A stretch of DNA of 61,607 nucleotides, filler included, from Hausera hauseri (taxonomy: Eukaryota): assembly GCA_046269625.1 (NCBI GenBank). It is 12 parts of 12 records of this genome, joined end to end, with 100 filler letters (N's around TTAATTAATTAA, not from the genome) between each part and the next. Parts side by side here need not be neighbours in the genome. Positions count along the whole stretch, not along the records: positions 1 to 3,995 come from JBJURY010831969.1; positions 4,096 to 8,776 come from JBJURY010477353.1; positions 8,877 to 13,307 come from JBJURY010585445.1; 9 more parts are not named here. One strand, written 5' to 3'. Position numbers and translations under genes: made by a program. Positions 1 to 11,539 of this stretch are shown here, one piece after another. Below the pieces are notes generated by a model. That model did not search any database and was not told where the DNA came from. It worked only from the letters and a program-made list of their open reading frames with translations. Every line of letters begins with the position of its first letter. Within the stretch, counting starts at the first letter, position 1.

Positions 1-1748
1 TTGTGGTCAGTCCAGACCAAGAAAGGAAACCTGGAGCCCTCCAACCAATGTCTCCACTCCTCCAGAGCAAGCTTGACGGCCAGCAGCTCCCGATCCCCAA
101 TGTCGTAGTTTCTCTCTGCCTCGGAGAGACCCTTAGAAAAGAAAGCACAGGGGTGAAGGCGTCCCTCCGGGCTGCGCTGGCTAAGAACGGCCCCCACCCC
201 AGTACTGGAGGCGTCCACCTCAACGACAAAGGACTCGTCGGGGTTAGGGGTCCGGAGGATGGGAGCTGAAGAGAACAAAGTTTTAAGGTCGTCAAAAGCT
301 TTGGCTGCTGCGGTGGACCAAACAAAGCGTGACTTAGAAGACGTAAGTTCATGGAGTGGTTTTGCAATTTGACTATAACCCTTAATAAAACGTCTGTAAA
401 AATTGGCAAACCCCAGAAAGCGTTGTAATTGTTTCCGATCCTTGGGGGGAGGCCAGTCCACCACAGCAGCCACCTTGCAGGAATCCATAGAAACAGAGTC
501 TGGGGAAACAACAAAACCTAAAAAAGTGGTGGAGGTGGTGTGAAACTCACACTTCTCAGCTTTTACATATAGTCCATTTTGCAGTAGCCGGGTCAATACA
601 GATCTTACATGTTTTTTATGTGAGTCAATGTCCTTGGAAAAAATCAAAATATCATCTAAATACACGAAAACGAATTTGTTGACCATGTCTCTGAGCACAT
701 CGTTAACTAATGACTGAAAAACAGCTGGTGCGTTGGTGAGCCCGAAAGGTATCACCAAATACTCGTAATGTCCAGTAGGTGTATTGAAAGCGGTCTTCCA
801 CTCGTCCCCCTCTCTGATACGGACCAAATGGTAGGCGTTACGGAGGTCGAGTTTAGTGAAGACCTTGGAACCTTGTAGGAGGTCAAACGCTGTATTCATT
901 AACGGCAGAGGATATCTATTTTTAACTGTGATCTTGTTTAAACCCCTAAAATCAATGCAGGGACGAAGTGACTGGTCCTTCTTTTTAACAAAAAAGAAAC
1001 CGGCCCCTGCTGGAGAAACTGAAGGTCTAATAATCCCTGCTTGCAGGGACTCCTGAATGTAGGTTCTCATGGCCTCTTGCTCTGGTGCAGATAATGAATA
1101 AAGTCCCCCTCTGGGAGGTGTGGTTCCGGGTAAAAGATCAATGGGACAGTCATAAGGGCGATGTGGTGGTAATGACGTGGCCTTAACTTTATTAAATACC
1201 TCCTTGAGGTCATGATATTCAGTGGGCACCTTGGCGAGGTCAGGATAATAGTTCGAGGATCGAGTCACAGAGTCCGTAGGCACCACAGCGTCATAAAGAC
1301 AGGTAGAGAGACACTCCTCAGACCAGCCCAAAATCTCCCTCCGCCTCCAATCTAAGTGAGGGTTATGTTTCGCAAGCCAGGTGGCACCTAAGACCACAGG
1401 AGTCTCCGGAGAGTTTATTATTAAGAATTCAATGACCTCTTTGTGATTGCCACCTAAGCATAATGTGACGGGTTCTGAGACCTGGGAGGAGGAGTTGAGA
1501 GGATGACCGTCGAGCGCGACCACGGAGTGATTCTTAGATGACTGCAGGATCTTAATTCCAGCAGTCACAGCAAAGTCATGATCCAGGAACTCAGTGTCTG
1601 CTCCAGAGTCAATAAAAACTTTAATAGTAGAACGGGTCTTACCAGGAATGCTGATGTCAGCGGAGATGACAAATGGTGAGGAGAATGCGGAAGTAGATGC
1701 ACGACTCAATAAACATCTCCTCTCGTTTATTGAGCCGCCCCTTTTACC
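1..1748 (-). CDS. pol: Ty3/Gypsy (sushi/chromovirus-like) pol: aspartic protease + reverse transcriptase, runs off the window start
   Basis: Manual translation of the -1 frame relative to gag gives [14 protein letters not shown] (protease), then [33 protein letters not shown] and VYLDDIL (RT). No stop seen in the segments I translated; the ORF track probably omits it because it is open-ended. Confidence 0.93.
1678..1748 (-). promoter_or_regulatory. -1 programmed ribosomal frameshift signal (G GUA AAA + H-type pseudoknot)
   Basis: Slippery-like GGTAAAA, then a stem GCGGCTCAATAAAC/GTTTATTGAGTCGT. The loop GAGGAGA is complementary to downstream TCTCCTC. pol lies in the -1 frame. Confidence 0.75.
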
Positions 1749-2276
1749 GGACAAGAGTAAACAGCGTGTCCGGCGTCGCCACAATAGAAACATAGGTGAT
1801 TTCTTCGCCGGTGGTCCCGCTCAGCCGGCGTGAGTTTGCTCCGTCCCAACTGCATAGGTTCCTCCGCTGGATGTGATGTTTGTTGCTGGTGCTCCGCTGC
1901 TGGGCGTGATGACAAAACCGGAGGTGAGTCGAACGTCTTCGTGCGAGTTCCAAACTCACCGCGTTGTCTGAAAGGAGATGACGTCACGGTCCTCCGCTCT
2001 CGTGAACGTTCAGCCAATCGGAGGTCGAGTCTCGTGGCCACGTCCTCCAATTCCTGCAAAGTCTCGGGGAGTCTCTGGGTTGCCAGACCGTCCTTGATGG
2101 CGTCGTTTAAACCTCGATAAAATGCATCAGTTAGTGCTTCGTCATTCCAGTGACTGCCAGACGAAACTGCATGAAAGTCTATGATGTAGTCTGTGACGCG
2201 TCGGTTACCTTGTTTGATGTCAAACAGTCGTCTGGCAGCCTCACGTTCTGGAAGAACCGGGTCAAAAACTCTGCAT
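1727..2276 (-). CDS. gag: Ty3/Gypsy gag C-terminal part (5' end interrupted)
   Basis: [37 protein letters not shown] and a CCHC knuckle [14 protein letters not shown], typical of fish sushi-like gag. Confidence 0.92.
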
Positions 2277-2553
2277 GCAGAGGAGAGGAGGTGCAATGAG
2301 CTGCTGCTGAAGAAACAAAAAAAACTGTGCGTAAGTATTATGATAAAGCTCTTGGTAAGTCTATATTTATTTATTTAAATAAAATTTATATATATATTTA
2401 ATATATATTTAAAAAAAACAAAAAAAAACTTTATGTTTAGGTAATTTAAGAAAGTAGTAAAATTAACAACAGATTTATTTTCAAAACAAGCTGGACGGGG
2501 AAACTTTGGGGAGCCTTGAATCATTTGTTGACGAGTGTTTTGAACGCTTAGTC

Positions 2554-3354
2554 ATGAGCAAAGTTACATCCGGCGCTGCAAACGATTCGGCTAGCACTAG
2601 CACCCCAAATGCTAAGCGTCATCGACAGGGGAGCTCGGATAGCGCTTCTTCACCATCTTCGGATAACTCGGGCTTTACGGCAATTCTGGAGTCAATAGAT
2701 CAGAAGTTATCCAGCTTAGACACCCGTCTGGCTTTAATGGAGGTGCTACATAGCGAGTTTAAAGATCTGAGGGAGTCATTGGAATTTACTCATCAGCTAG
2801 TAGCATCTCTGGCTAGCGAAAACACGGAGCTAAAGGGAACGGTGAAAGAACTTACCGACAAGATGACACTGCTATCCGGTGAGAATAAAAAAATGAAAGA
2901 ATCAATATTAGATATTCAATCTAGGAGCATGCGAGATAATCTTGTTTTCTCTGGAATCCCGGAGCAGGCAGAAGAAGATTCAGAGGCCTCGGTTCGTGCC
3001 TTCATTAAAAACCAGCTAAAGTTGCCGAGTGAGACGGTTAATTCAATCACTTTTCACCGAGTTCATCGGCTAGGAGGTAAAAGAGCCGGGGCCACTAGGC
3101 CGCGGCCGATTGTTGCTAAGTTTGAACATTTCAAGCAAAAGGAGCAGGTTAAGAGTCGAGGTAGAGAGCTGCGTGATACAAATTATAGCATGAATGATCA
3201 ATTCCCTGCAGAAATTCTCAGCAGAAGACGCGTTCTCTTCCCAATTAGAAAGGAAAATATAAAAGACGGCAACAGAGCAACAATTTCGGTGGATAAACTT
3301 TACATCAACGGCCAGCTGTTTCGGGACCCAGAAGCTACTCCGTGGCTTTATTAA
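2554..3354 (+). CDS. LINE-1/Tx1-type ORF1p (coiled coil + RRM + CTD)
   Basis: Heptad coiled coil, then RSMRDNLVFSGIPE, FHRVHRLG, RPRPIVAKF, DQFPAEI..RR and VDKLYING. Start chosen at ATG 2554 (ORF opens at 2506). Confidence 0.9.
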   Translation: MSKVTSGAANDSASTSTPNAKRHRQGSSDSASSPSSDNSGFTAILESIDQKLSSLDTRLALMEVLHSEFKDLRESLEFTHQLVASLASENTELKGTVKELTDKMTLLSGENKKMKESILDIQSRSMRDNLVFSGIPEQAEEDSEASVRAFIKNQLKLPSETVNSITFHRVHRLGGKRAGATRPRPIVAKFEHFKQKEQVKSRGRELRDTNYSMNDQFPAEILSRRRVLFPIRKENIKDGNRATISVDKLYINGQLFRDPEATPWLY

Positions 3355-3813
3355 AATAAGGTAAGAACTGTTTCAGTTGTTAATAATAATTAATATTATT
3401 AAATATAATATTTGTTAATATTACTTACCAGATATATGTACTTTTTCAGCACAGCTCGGTTGGTGGGTTACACAGTGGTGATACACAAGGTGGATGGCAC
3501 TTGATGTGGTGAGAGAGTTCTTTTGTTTTTTGTTTTTGTTTTTCTTCTTATCTCAATTTTTTTTTAGTATCTTCCATTTCTCTCTCTTTTCTTATTTCTA
3601 TTTTTCTAACTCAACATTTATCAGAGCACAAGCACAAGGGGTCACATACATCCTGATATATCCATACAATCACTTTAGACATGAAAACTTACATGACTCA
3701 TTTTCAAATACAGCACTTACTTTATTTATAAATATGTTTTTGTCTGGATCTACTATTATCTCTTATATTGGAGATAATGGGTGTGGTTTGGCTATATTTT
3801 CAATGGTGAAAGT

Positions 3814-3995
3814 ATGGGTTCCTTAAGGTATGTCACATGGAATATTAATGGGGCCGGTAGCCAACATAAAAAATATAGAATTTTTAATAAGATTAATAGA
3901 TTAAAGGCAGATGTTGTATTACTCCAAGAAATTCATAAATTACCCTCAACTGTGGATGAGCTAAAATCTCCTGAGTTTCCTAATGTATTTTCAGC
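3814..3995 (+). CDS. LINE ORF2 N-terminus, APE endonuclease (truncated by contig end)
   Basis: VTWNING and ADVVLLQE motifs. Confidence 0.85.
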
Positions 3996-4095
3996 NNNNN
4001 NNNNNNNNNNNNNNNNNNNNNNNNNNNNNNNNNNNNNNNTTAATTAATTAANNNNNNNNNNNNNNNNNNNNNNNNNNNNNNNNNNNNNNNNNNNN
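3996..4095. other. Artificial contig linker (first of 11)
   Basis: A 100-nt N-run with central TTAATTAATTAA (stops in all six frames), repeated at 8777, 13308, 20916, 25457, 31450, 36804, 40985, 46368, 51031 and 56787. Confidence 0.99.
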
Positions 4096-5234
4096 CGTTG
4101 TGAGTCTTACAGAAATGAAGTTCTAAGGAGACACAAAGTGTAATGTGCAAATAAAAGAAACCAAGCAGCCGGGCAGAGACGAGGTGAAGAACAGAGAAGG
4201 TTAGGGACATTTAGATGGAAAAGAGGAAAAAAAAAAGCAACTGAGTAGAGGTAACAGCGGCGTGGAAGATCAATATAATCATAAGGAAGTGGAGGGAGAT
4301 GAAAAGCTGCAGAGTAGCATTACACAGATGAAGCACAAGGAAAAAAAATGATTGCAGCTTACAGCACATGTCTTGGGCTCTAAACCAATGAAAACTCCAT
4401 TGATATTCAGGACCAAGCTAAAACATGACCCAGCACTTCTGCTTTTAATCAGCACACTGGGGTTTATAATAAGAAATCTAGTTTATACTTTGTACAGAAC
4501 AGATAAATGTGCTGACAAAGCCTCAGCATTTATTTATTTTTATTAGTCGCATGCTTAATAATTCAGTTTCCTCTCAACGAAAGCTGCATTTTCTGACAAA
4601 TTTTAACAAGTTGTTAGATCTGCAGAACTATGTGTGTGTATGGGTGTTTCCTACATTCCCCAGGCATCAGTATCTTGATTGGAGCCAGGTGGGGTTCATT
4701 ACCTTCATCAGCAGCAGCTTTAAGAAGGAGCAGCTCCCCTGAGGCAGATGCCACCCAGAGTGGTATTTGGCTTACAACTGGGTTCTGGACTCACCTCCAG
4801 TGCATTCTGCCTCCTGCTAATTTGTTGGCTCCTCTTGGCTCCATCTGTGGTTCTCCAGCTCAAACCCATCCCAGCATACCGGTCAGCTGCCTGTCACCCT
4901 CCATCGTGTTCACACTCCCTCACGGACCTGGTGGAAACCCAACCTGAACTCAAGATCTCTGCACCCTGTCTGTACTTCATCTGCAGGCCTATGTCTCCCC
5001 TCCAAGACTTCCTCACTGGTACCGGACTGTAAGTTTGATTTTATCACTTAACACCATCAAACAATACCTAACTGTGGAATAATCATTACCATCCCCTTCT
5101 TCAGTGCTGCTCCTGACCCAAGGACATTCCCCCACGGGATCGTTCTTTACTTTTCGTTTCAATATATCATTTAAACCTGCTCTTGTGTCCGCAGTTGTTC
5201 CCTGCTTAAGAGTCTTGAGTTTTCATCATGACAC

Positions 5235-5345
5235 TATATATCTACCAACAAATAAACCGCAGTTTGTGAGAATGGAGGACTGTTTGTCTAACCAGGTCGT
5301 CAGCAGTACAGAAGCACCACATGGAACTGTACTATCACCACTTTA
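5235..5345 (+). mobile_element. Rex1/Babar-like LINE RT fragment (degenerate)
   Basis: YLPTNKPQFVRMEDCLSNQVVSSTEAPHGTVLSPL resembles the teleost Rex1 pattern YLTNRPQYVR..VSSTGAPQGTVLSP. Confidence 0.7.
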
Positions 5346-5421
5346 ATTTTTTTATTCTCTCTGAGCTATTTAGTTTGAACTACTGTTGCTTACTGAATCT
5401 CTCCACCATTTGCCACTCACC

Positions 5422-7633
5422 CAAGGCCGGATTATCATATGGGCATTCTGGGCACAGGCCCAGGGGCCCACCGCCCAATAGGGGCCCACGAAGTAAGAAA
5501 AAAAATGGCGCTTTTTATTACTTGGCAAAATAACATGGGCGTAACAGATGCAGGGCGCACTTCTCATGTCTGTGGTTCTGTCCACGCACTTTTTAAATTG
5601 ATTATTTCCGTTTAATTTGTCAACATGTTTTTTTCGAGCCGTCTTTAAACGCACCATAAGTGTGCGTGTGTAAACACCGGTGTACCTGCTGCACCGCGGA
5701 GGGAGAAGTCTGCTGAGCAGAGCTTCATCATGAGAGTCAGAAACCAGCCAGAGCCAGCAAAACATAAAAACTTTGCATTTCATTTTGTTCAAACAAACGG
5801 TGAGTTTGGTGAAGCTGTTTAACACTAAAGTCCGCTCTGGGTTTTCCTGGTTTCCTACAAGTCACCGCAGCAGCAGGTAGGAACAGGTGAGGATCAGCTG
5901 CTGTGCTTGTTTTCAATGCCTGCTCCCTCCAGACATTATGGCCATTAAAAGATTCTTTACAAAGAAGGAAAAAGTAAGTCAAAGTCTCTCCACAGGATAG
6001 TTTTCTTCCCTGTGTGAAGTTAGTGCAGTTAGCTGCAGGCTACAGCTAGCTTAGTTAGCTATCATGCATGAAGTGAACATTTAATCCTAAGATTTACAGA
6101 ATCTGCTAACGTGCACAGAGATCAGCTGGTATTCTTATTATCAGCAAGAATAAAACATCAGAAAGGTTTGTTGGTTCTTTTTATCAAAGTTTAAAAGGAC
6201 TGCATCCTAAAATGTACTGTGGGTTTAGTAGTTTTAAAACTGTGTAAAACAGAGCTGAGTTCATAAATTGAATTTTTAATAATTTGATCAGACGATGAGA
6301 CGGCTAGGATCACAACCACTAATAAAACAAGGCCAAAGAGTTATCTGTTATTTATTGGTTATTTTATTATAATTTTTAAAGCTGGCTGACTTCAGGTGGC
6401 AGTAAAACAAAAGTGAATCCATCTTTATGTCTTATAATGAAGCAGTTTGATACAGACTCAGCTGCAGCTCAGGGACACTGATGTGAGAGAAGATGATCAA
6501 AGTGCTGCTGGACAATTATCGAATCTAAAATGTTTATTCAAATCATTATTTTTTAATACATTCTGGTCAGTTGTGTAATATTCATGAAAGACATTAAGGA
6601 TTTAAAAGCATAATCTATTATCTTATGTTGGCCAGTATAAAATGATGCTTATTTATGTGTATATTTTAACTTTAATTTGTAAATGGTAAACAGCTTGAAC
6701 TTAAATAGCACCTTATCAAGTCCACTTGGAGCCCAAGATGCTTTACACTTCAGACATTCATCCATTCATACACACCTTCACACACTGATGGTGTACAGAT
6801 GGCAAGTACTAGTAGAAATTGTTGTACCAAGGTAGGAAGGAACTTGTAGACCTATTTTATTTTAATAATTACGTGCAGTTTGATAAAAATGAAAAAAGTT
6901 ATTATTTTTAAGTCTATTATTTGGCAAAGTGTTATTATATGTTCTGAAGGCTGAATGATGTCAGTCAGTTTATTATGAGACCTTTAACTAAATCAGAAAA
7001 AATATTCCCCTTAAATTCACTGTTGGTGCTTATATAAGTTGCATCTGTTCATTGGATAAAACTATTAATATTCTTATTTTTAAACATGCGGGTGAGTGTC
7101 ATCATTGTTTTGCACATTAACATGTTACCAATAAAACTAAATAAAAACTCAACAAAATAAAAGTAAAATGGACCCTTAAAGTCATTGTGATAAATTATCA
7201 CGTTAATGTAATCGTTTCAGCCACAGAAGTGAGTTAGAGTGAGAGAAACAGACAGGTGTGAGTATCTGAAAAAATCTACATGAAAACAGCATAATCAATT
7301 TAATAAACATATTAACATTATTATGATTATTATTATGTGAAAGTAAATTATTTTGTTTTATTTGGATTTACCTCGCATTTATTTTCTTCTTTTGCTTTAA
7401 GGTTTTTGTGAAGTTTACATTAACTGATTCCACATTTTTAACCAGAAAATAGGAGGGAGACAAGCAGAGACAAAAAGGGCAGCATTGAAGAGCCGAGAAG
7501 CCAAACAACTGAAAGAGCACTGTGAGACAGGAAAGGGTTGAGGCAGGAGACGAGTGAGGCAGGAGAGGAGTGAGACAGGAGGGGCTAAAAGCACATTGTG
7601 CCCAGGGGCCCCTGAAATGATAATCCGGCCCTG
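5422..7633. mobile_element. Non-autonomous hAT-like DNA transposon (~2.2 kb) defined by TIRs
   Basis: CAAGGCCGGATTATCA at 5422 and TGATAATCCGGCCCTG ending at 7633 (15/16 inverted match). GCCCAGGGGCCC subterminal motif at both ends. No clear TSD. Confidence 0.65.
6679..6795 (-). mobile_element. Teleost SINE/L2-type 3' tail fragment
   Basis: Reverse complement ends in TTTACCATTTAC, preceded by AGTGTAAAGCATCTTG...GGTGCTATTTAAGT, a common fish SINE tail pattern. Confidence 0.55.
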
Positions 7634-8199
7634 ATTACAGTGTGATAATGTTACCCTTAAAGAGAACACAAAAAAACAAGCTGTCTGTGTTTGAGAACAT
7701 TTAATTTAGTGTCTTTGAAGTGAAGCCACTAAAATCTAATAAAATGAACTGATAAAAGCAAAATCTATAACAATTTACTCATCATTTTATTCCAAATACA
7801 AATAACTTCTATGTTAGTAACAAGAGTTTTACTTCATTAGTCTTATTAATTTTTCGCTGTTCTCTTTGCAAGGATTTAAATCCCGAACGGTGACTGTGAC
7901 TTCTGTAACTATCCAGGAAATGACACATAAGCTGACAGACAGGCATCTCTGTTAAAGTTGTTAGAGTTTATTAGATATCCGAATGACACATTAAAGGCAA
8001 AAGAACAAAAATGCACGACTTCAAAATGTATTTGTTATTGTTAAGCATTATTTTGTTTTACATATTGGTATTGGCATTATTTGTTATGTATCTGTCTGTT
8101 ATCTGTTTGTCTGGAACCAAATGTGATTTGGCTTTCGGCGACTAAATAGTCGTCCGTCTGTCACAACATGAGGGCTGGTGTTTCGAAAAAAAGGTCAAT

Positions 8200-8776
8200 A
8201 CCAAGGAAATGAGCAACCAGTCAATACAAATGCTTTGCTAGTGGAGGAAGCCAAAGAATGTACATATCGTGACAGCAAAGGACACGAGAATGTAGACAGC
8301 AATACTTAACAAGAGACTTAACAGAGACTTAACAAGAGCTGATGCTCGATGACTGTGGATCAAAGGAATAACAAAGGTATGCAAGCGTTTGAATCACTTA
8401 CAAACATCGGGAAATACAAGACGATAAGCTTGAAAACCAACTTTAGAATATTTAGAAGCAATGTTTTGCGTATACTGCTGTATGGAGGCAAAAGTTTGGA
8501 AAATGACAAAGAAAACGGAACAGGAATTAAATACTTTCAGAACGAAGTGGTATCTGAGAAGGGTCAAACGTATATTATGGCCTAAAAGAATAACCATAAA
8601 GAAAAAAAAAATACAGACAGTCAACAGTGGTTGAAGAAAGAATGTTTCGGTGGGTAGAACATGTGACGAGAAAGACTCACTACTCAATACCACTGATAAC
8701 ACTACAATGGACTCCACATGGTAAAAGAAATCGAAGACACGGAGGAGCCAAAGGCTGTCAGCGAGGGGTTTGACAT
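8200..8776 (+). mobile_element. RTE-clade LINE 3' remnant (degenerate)
   Basis: ISLKTNFRIFRSNVLRILLYG and downstream W.P.GKR-type motifs with frameshifts. Confidence 0.65.
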
Positions 8777-8876
8777 NNNNNNNNNNNNNNNNNNNNNNNN
8801 NNNNNNNNNNNNNNNNNNNNTTAATTAATTAANNNNNNNNNNNNNNNNNNNNNNNNNNNNNNNNNNNNNNNNNNNN

Positions 8877-8926
<50 letters not shown>

Positions 8927-8968
8927 AATGATGATGATGATGATGATGATGATAATGATAATGATGAT
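8877..8968 (+). repeat. (ATG)n microsatellite
   Basis: About 30 ATG/ATA units at the contig start. Confidence 0.95.
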
Positions 8969-9039
8969 ACGGGTTCGGTTAAATTCTTTGACATATTAAG
9001 TCGATGGAATGCTCAATATTGTCGTAGTTTGTATTTAGC

Positions 9040-9800
9040 CACAATAGATTAGCCGACGCCGATTTACCGAATTCCCTTTTTTGAAGCGCAGATTCCGTTG
9101 CAATAGTTAATGAGAGGAAAAGTGTGTAACAGTATCGTGCAGTGTAAACGAAATGGGATCGTCAGAGTTTAATTGAAATGTCTTGACTACCAATTCGACT
9201 GCTGCCTTGATTGTTATACAAGATTCTGTTTCCGTTTTCGTAAGGAAACCATTTCCTGTTGTACAAAAGTAAAAGAATGATTCAGTCTTCTGCCAATTCA
9301 CTATAATATTGGAGGTTTTCATGGTGTTTTCGGAAATGTTCAATTAAACTATGCTCACTTATCTGTGGACCTTTCGAGAGCACATTGACAGATTGAAAAC
9401 TCCATGCCTGAGCGTCGGCTAGCAATTTATATTGAAACTCAATTGGATGTTCTTCTTTTAAAGCTAAAGGATTCTTTGAAAAAAATATATACCGGGCAGT
9501 ATTGCCGCTTGTAATTGCGAAAGTAAAATCCAATAGAGTCTCGGACTAACTGCAAACGACTAGATGCAGGAGATTGTCTTAGTAGAGTATAGTGAATTCT
9601 ACTGAACTCACGTATTATTATTGGTGAAAAGGTAAATGTGAATTCCGCCAAAACCACTTCCCAAGCTCAGTGGCTTAAATCGAGCGGTTGGTCCAATTCC
9701 ATCGTAAATTGTTCAGCTTTATTGTTGTTGTTGTTGTTATTGTTGTTGTCGTCATGTTGTGATAATCTATTGCTATCAAGTACCCAATAAATGCTCATCA
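9040..9800 (-). pseudogene. Polinton/Maverick minor capsid (penton, PX)-like pseudogene
   Basis: IYWVLDSN...AEQFTMELDQPLDLSH*AWEVVLAEF matches the F.V.L..PL.L...WEV.L.E start of the Maverick penton. Stops and frameshifts present; context is integrase + ATPase. Confidence 0.6.
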
Positions 9801-9849
9801 TTAAATTTGTGATGAAAATATCCATCTTGGTGTAGTGTATCCATGCCAT

Positions 9850-10820
9850 TTGACGATATATTATTTATTAGAACCTTTGCCGCGTGAACGTAGAATTTCC
9901 TAAATACGATACATCAGGTTTTTTCAGTAGTACTTTCAGTTCCTGTTAGTAAAATTTGCCACATATTTCACAGCAATTTTTATCTTCTCAAACGTACATA
10001 ACATGTGTTTTTTTGTGTTGATTGCCTAAATGCAGGAAACCTCATCACTCATGTTCTGATTGAAATTCTTAATGAATGGCGTCGTACTTGTTTTGGAAAT
10101 ACGTGCGGAAGCACCGATTTTATATTTTGAGAGTTCAGTTGCCTATTGTTGTGTTTGGTTTTGATTAAGCCTCATGTCCAAATTATCGATTACGTCAGCC
10201 AGTTGTAACCCATTTATGTCGCGATGTGTCGAATAATTGTATGCATGAATAATATTCGGTAGTACATCTACGCAGCATTTACTGACCTGTATGGGAAAGA
10301 ATATATTCGGTTAGCCGCGTAGGGTTCGATTAAATCAGCCTTGTATTGGTAAAACACATAGTAGTGTTTATACCAAACCGAGTCAAGACCGATGCGACAT
10401 GCGAGTTGTAGAATTCTTTACCAAAGTCCGTTTGTAAATTCTTCGGTGGGGGTTGTTGCTGTTGTTGTTGTTGGCTTATTAGTGTATTACAGCGTTGGCA
10501 ATCTCTTTACCGAATTTAGATTTTACGGCAATTGCCTGTGAAAAACAACTAAATACATTAATACAATTAAGCACGTACCGATACCCATCTTTATGACGGC
10601 GTACGGAATCATTTTCATCAGATCCATTTGCCATACATTATTTACGCCTGCAGCACGGTAAGCACGAGTTGGAAATTGTTTCTTATCGGCTTGGGAAGTC
10701 TGTATGCCAACTGTTTCCCAAGCCAATGTTGGGTTTGTGACCGACTCTGTTTTTCAGTCTTTGTCAGTTTATCGACGCCAGCATACCCGAAGGAATGACG
10801 TGAATCGAACTACTGTCCAT
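9850..10820 (-). pseudogene. Polinton retroviral-like (rve) integrase pseudogene
   Basis: Across frameshifts: FPTRAYRAAGVNNVWQMDL, GYRYVLNCINVFS, PPKNLQTDFGKEFYNS and VLPNIIHAYNYSTHR. Confidence 0.85.
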
Positions 10821-10967
10821 CTTTGTGGGTGTTGTCGATGTTGTTTGTGTTTGCATTGCAGCAATTAGAAGGAAACTTTAATGAAATATTCGGTAAAGTG
10901 GGACAAAATGATAAAAATCATGCACACATACCGTCAAAACATAGCATTCTTGCATTCATTGTTTAAA

Positions 10968-11299
10968 CTATATGCTGCTGATGTTTTCACCGATAATACA
11001 ACCCAGTAATGACATGACAACCGCTAGAATTGTGCTAAGGAATCCGCCGTCTTGTTGGCACATGACTTCGCGTTTTAGGCGTTTACTACGAGTGTTCACA
11101 AGGCCAATGATTCGTTTTCGATACTTATTAAATCCCGCTTTCAGCTACCAATGTCAACATGACCCACAACAATATTGTACAAGATTTCCATTAAATCGTC
11201 TACTACAAATTGCGGGAATGATCGTAGCATGAATCTTTTACATCTCGACGGTGCTTTAAGCAAAGCAATAAAGTACGGTTGACTACATTTGAAACGCAT
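10968..11299 (-). pseudogene. Maverick/adintovirus small virion protein with xxGG|F cleavage-like site and amphipathic C-terminus
   Basis: LLKAPSRCKRFML..DLMEILYNIVVGHVDI, then a frameshift, then KYRKRIIGL..KREVMCQQDGGFLSTILAVVMSLLG. Confidence 0.6.
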
Positions 11300-11339
11300 G
11301 TTTCGTCAGTGCATATTGATGCAGTGACGACGTAGTTGC

Positions 11340-11519
11340 TTATAATCGTTGCCACTTTGTGGGTGATTTGCGTCTCACTGATGATGCTGCTGTTTGAAGC
11401 ACAGAATTGATTAATCGCTTAACTGTAGCATTACATTTTGTTGTACTTAACACACGTTTCTTTTTGGACACCCGTTTGGTAGGTTTACGTTTAAAAATTG
11501 TTTTTCGGAAATTCTTCAT
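11340..11519 (-). CDS. 59-aa very basic ORF, possible Polinton core/DNA-condensing protein
   Basis: MKNFRKTIFKRKPTKRVSKKKRVLSTTK...RRKSPTKWQRL*, intact, between the ATPase and the GGF protein. Confidence 0.45.
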   Translation of the reverse strand: MKNFRKTIFKRKPTKRVSKKKRVLSTTKCNATVKRLINSVLQTAASSVRRKSPTKWQRL

Positions 11520-11539
11520 TTTGTTTCACTATTACTATC

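Larger units (their letters stand above)
2280..3995 (+). mobile_element. L1/Tx1-clade LINE 5' portion, apparently inserted into the Gypsy gag in opposite orientation
   Basis: gag homology stops abruptly near 2277, followed by an AT-rich 5'UTR, ORF1, an inter-ORF spacer and the ORF2 endonuclease start. Confidence 0.8.

Noticed and set aside
3-2378. Plus-strand ORFs over the Gypsy element
   Set aside because: Antisense shadows of gag/pol with no recognisable motifs
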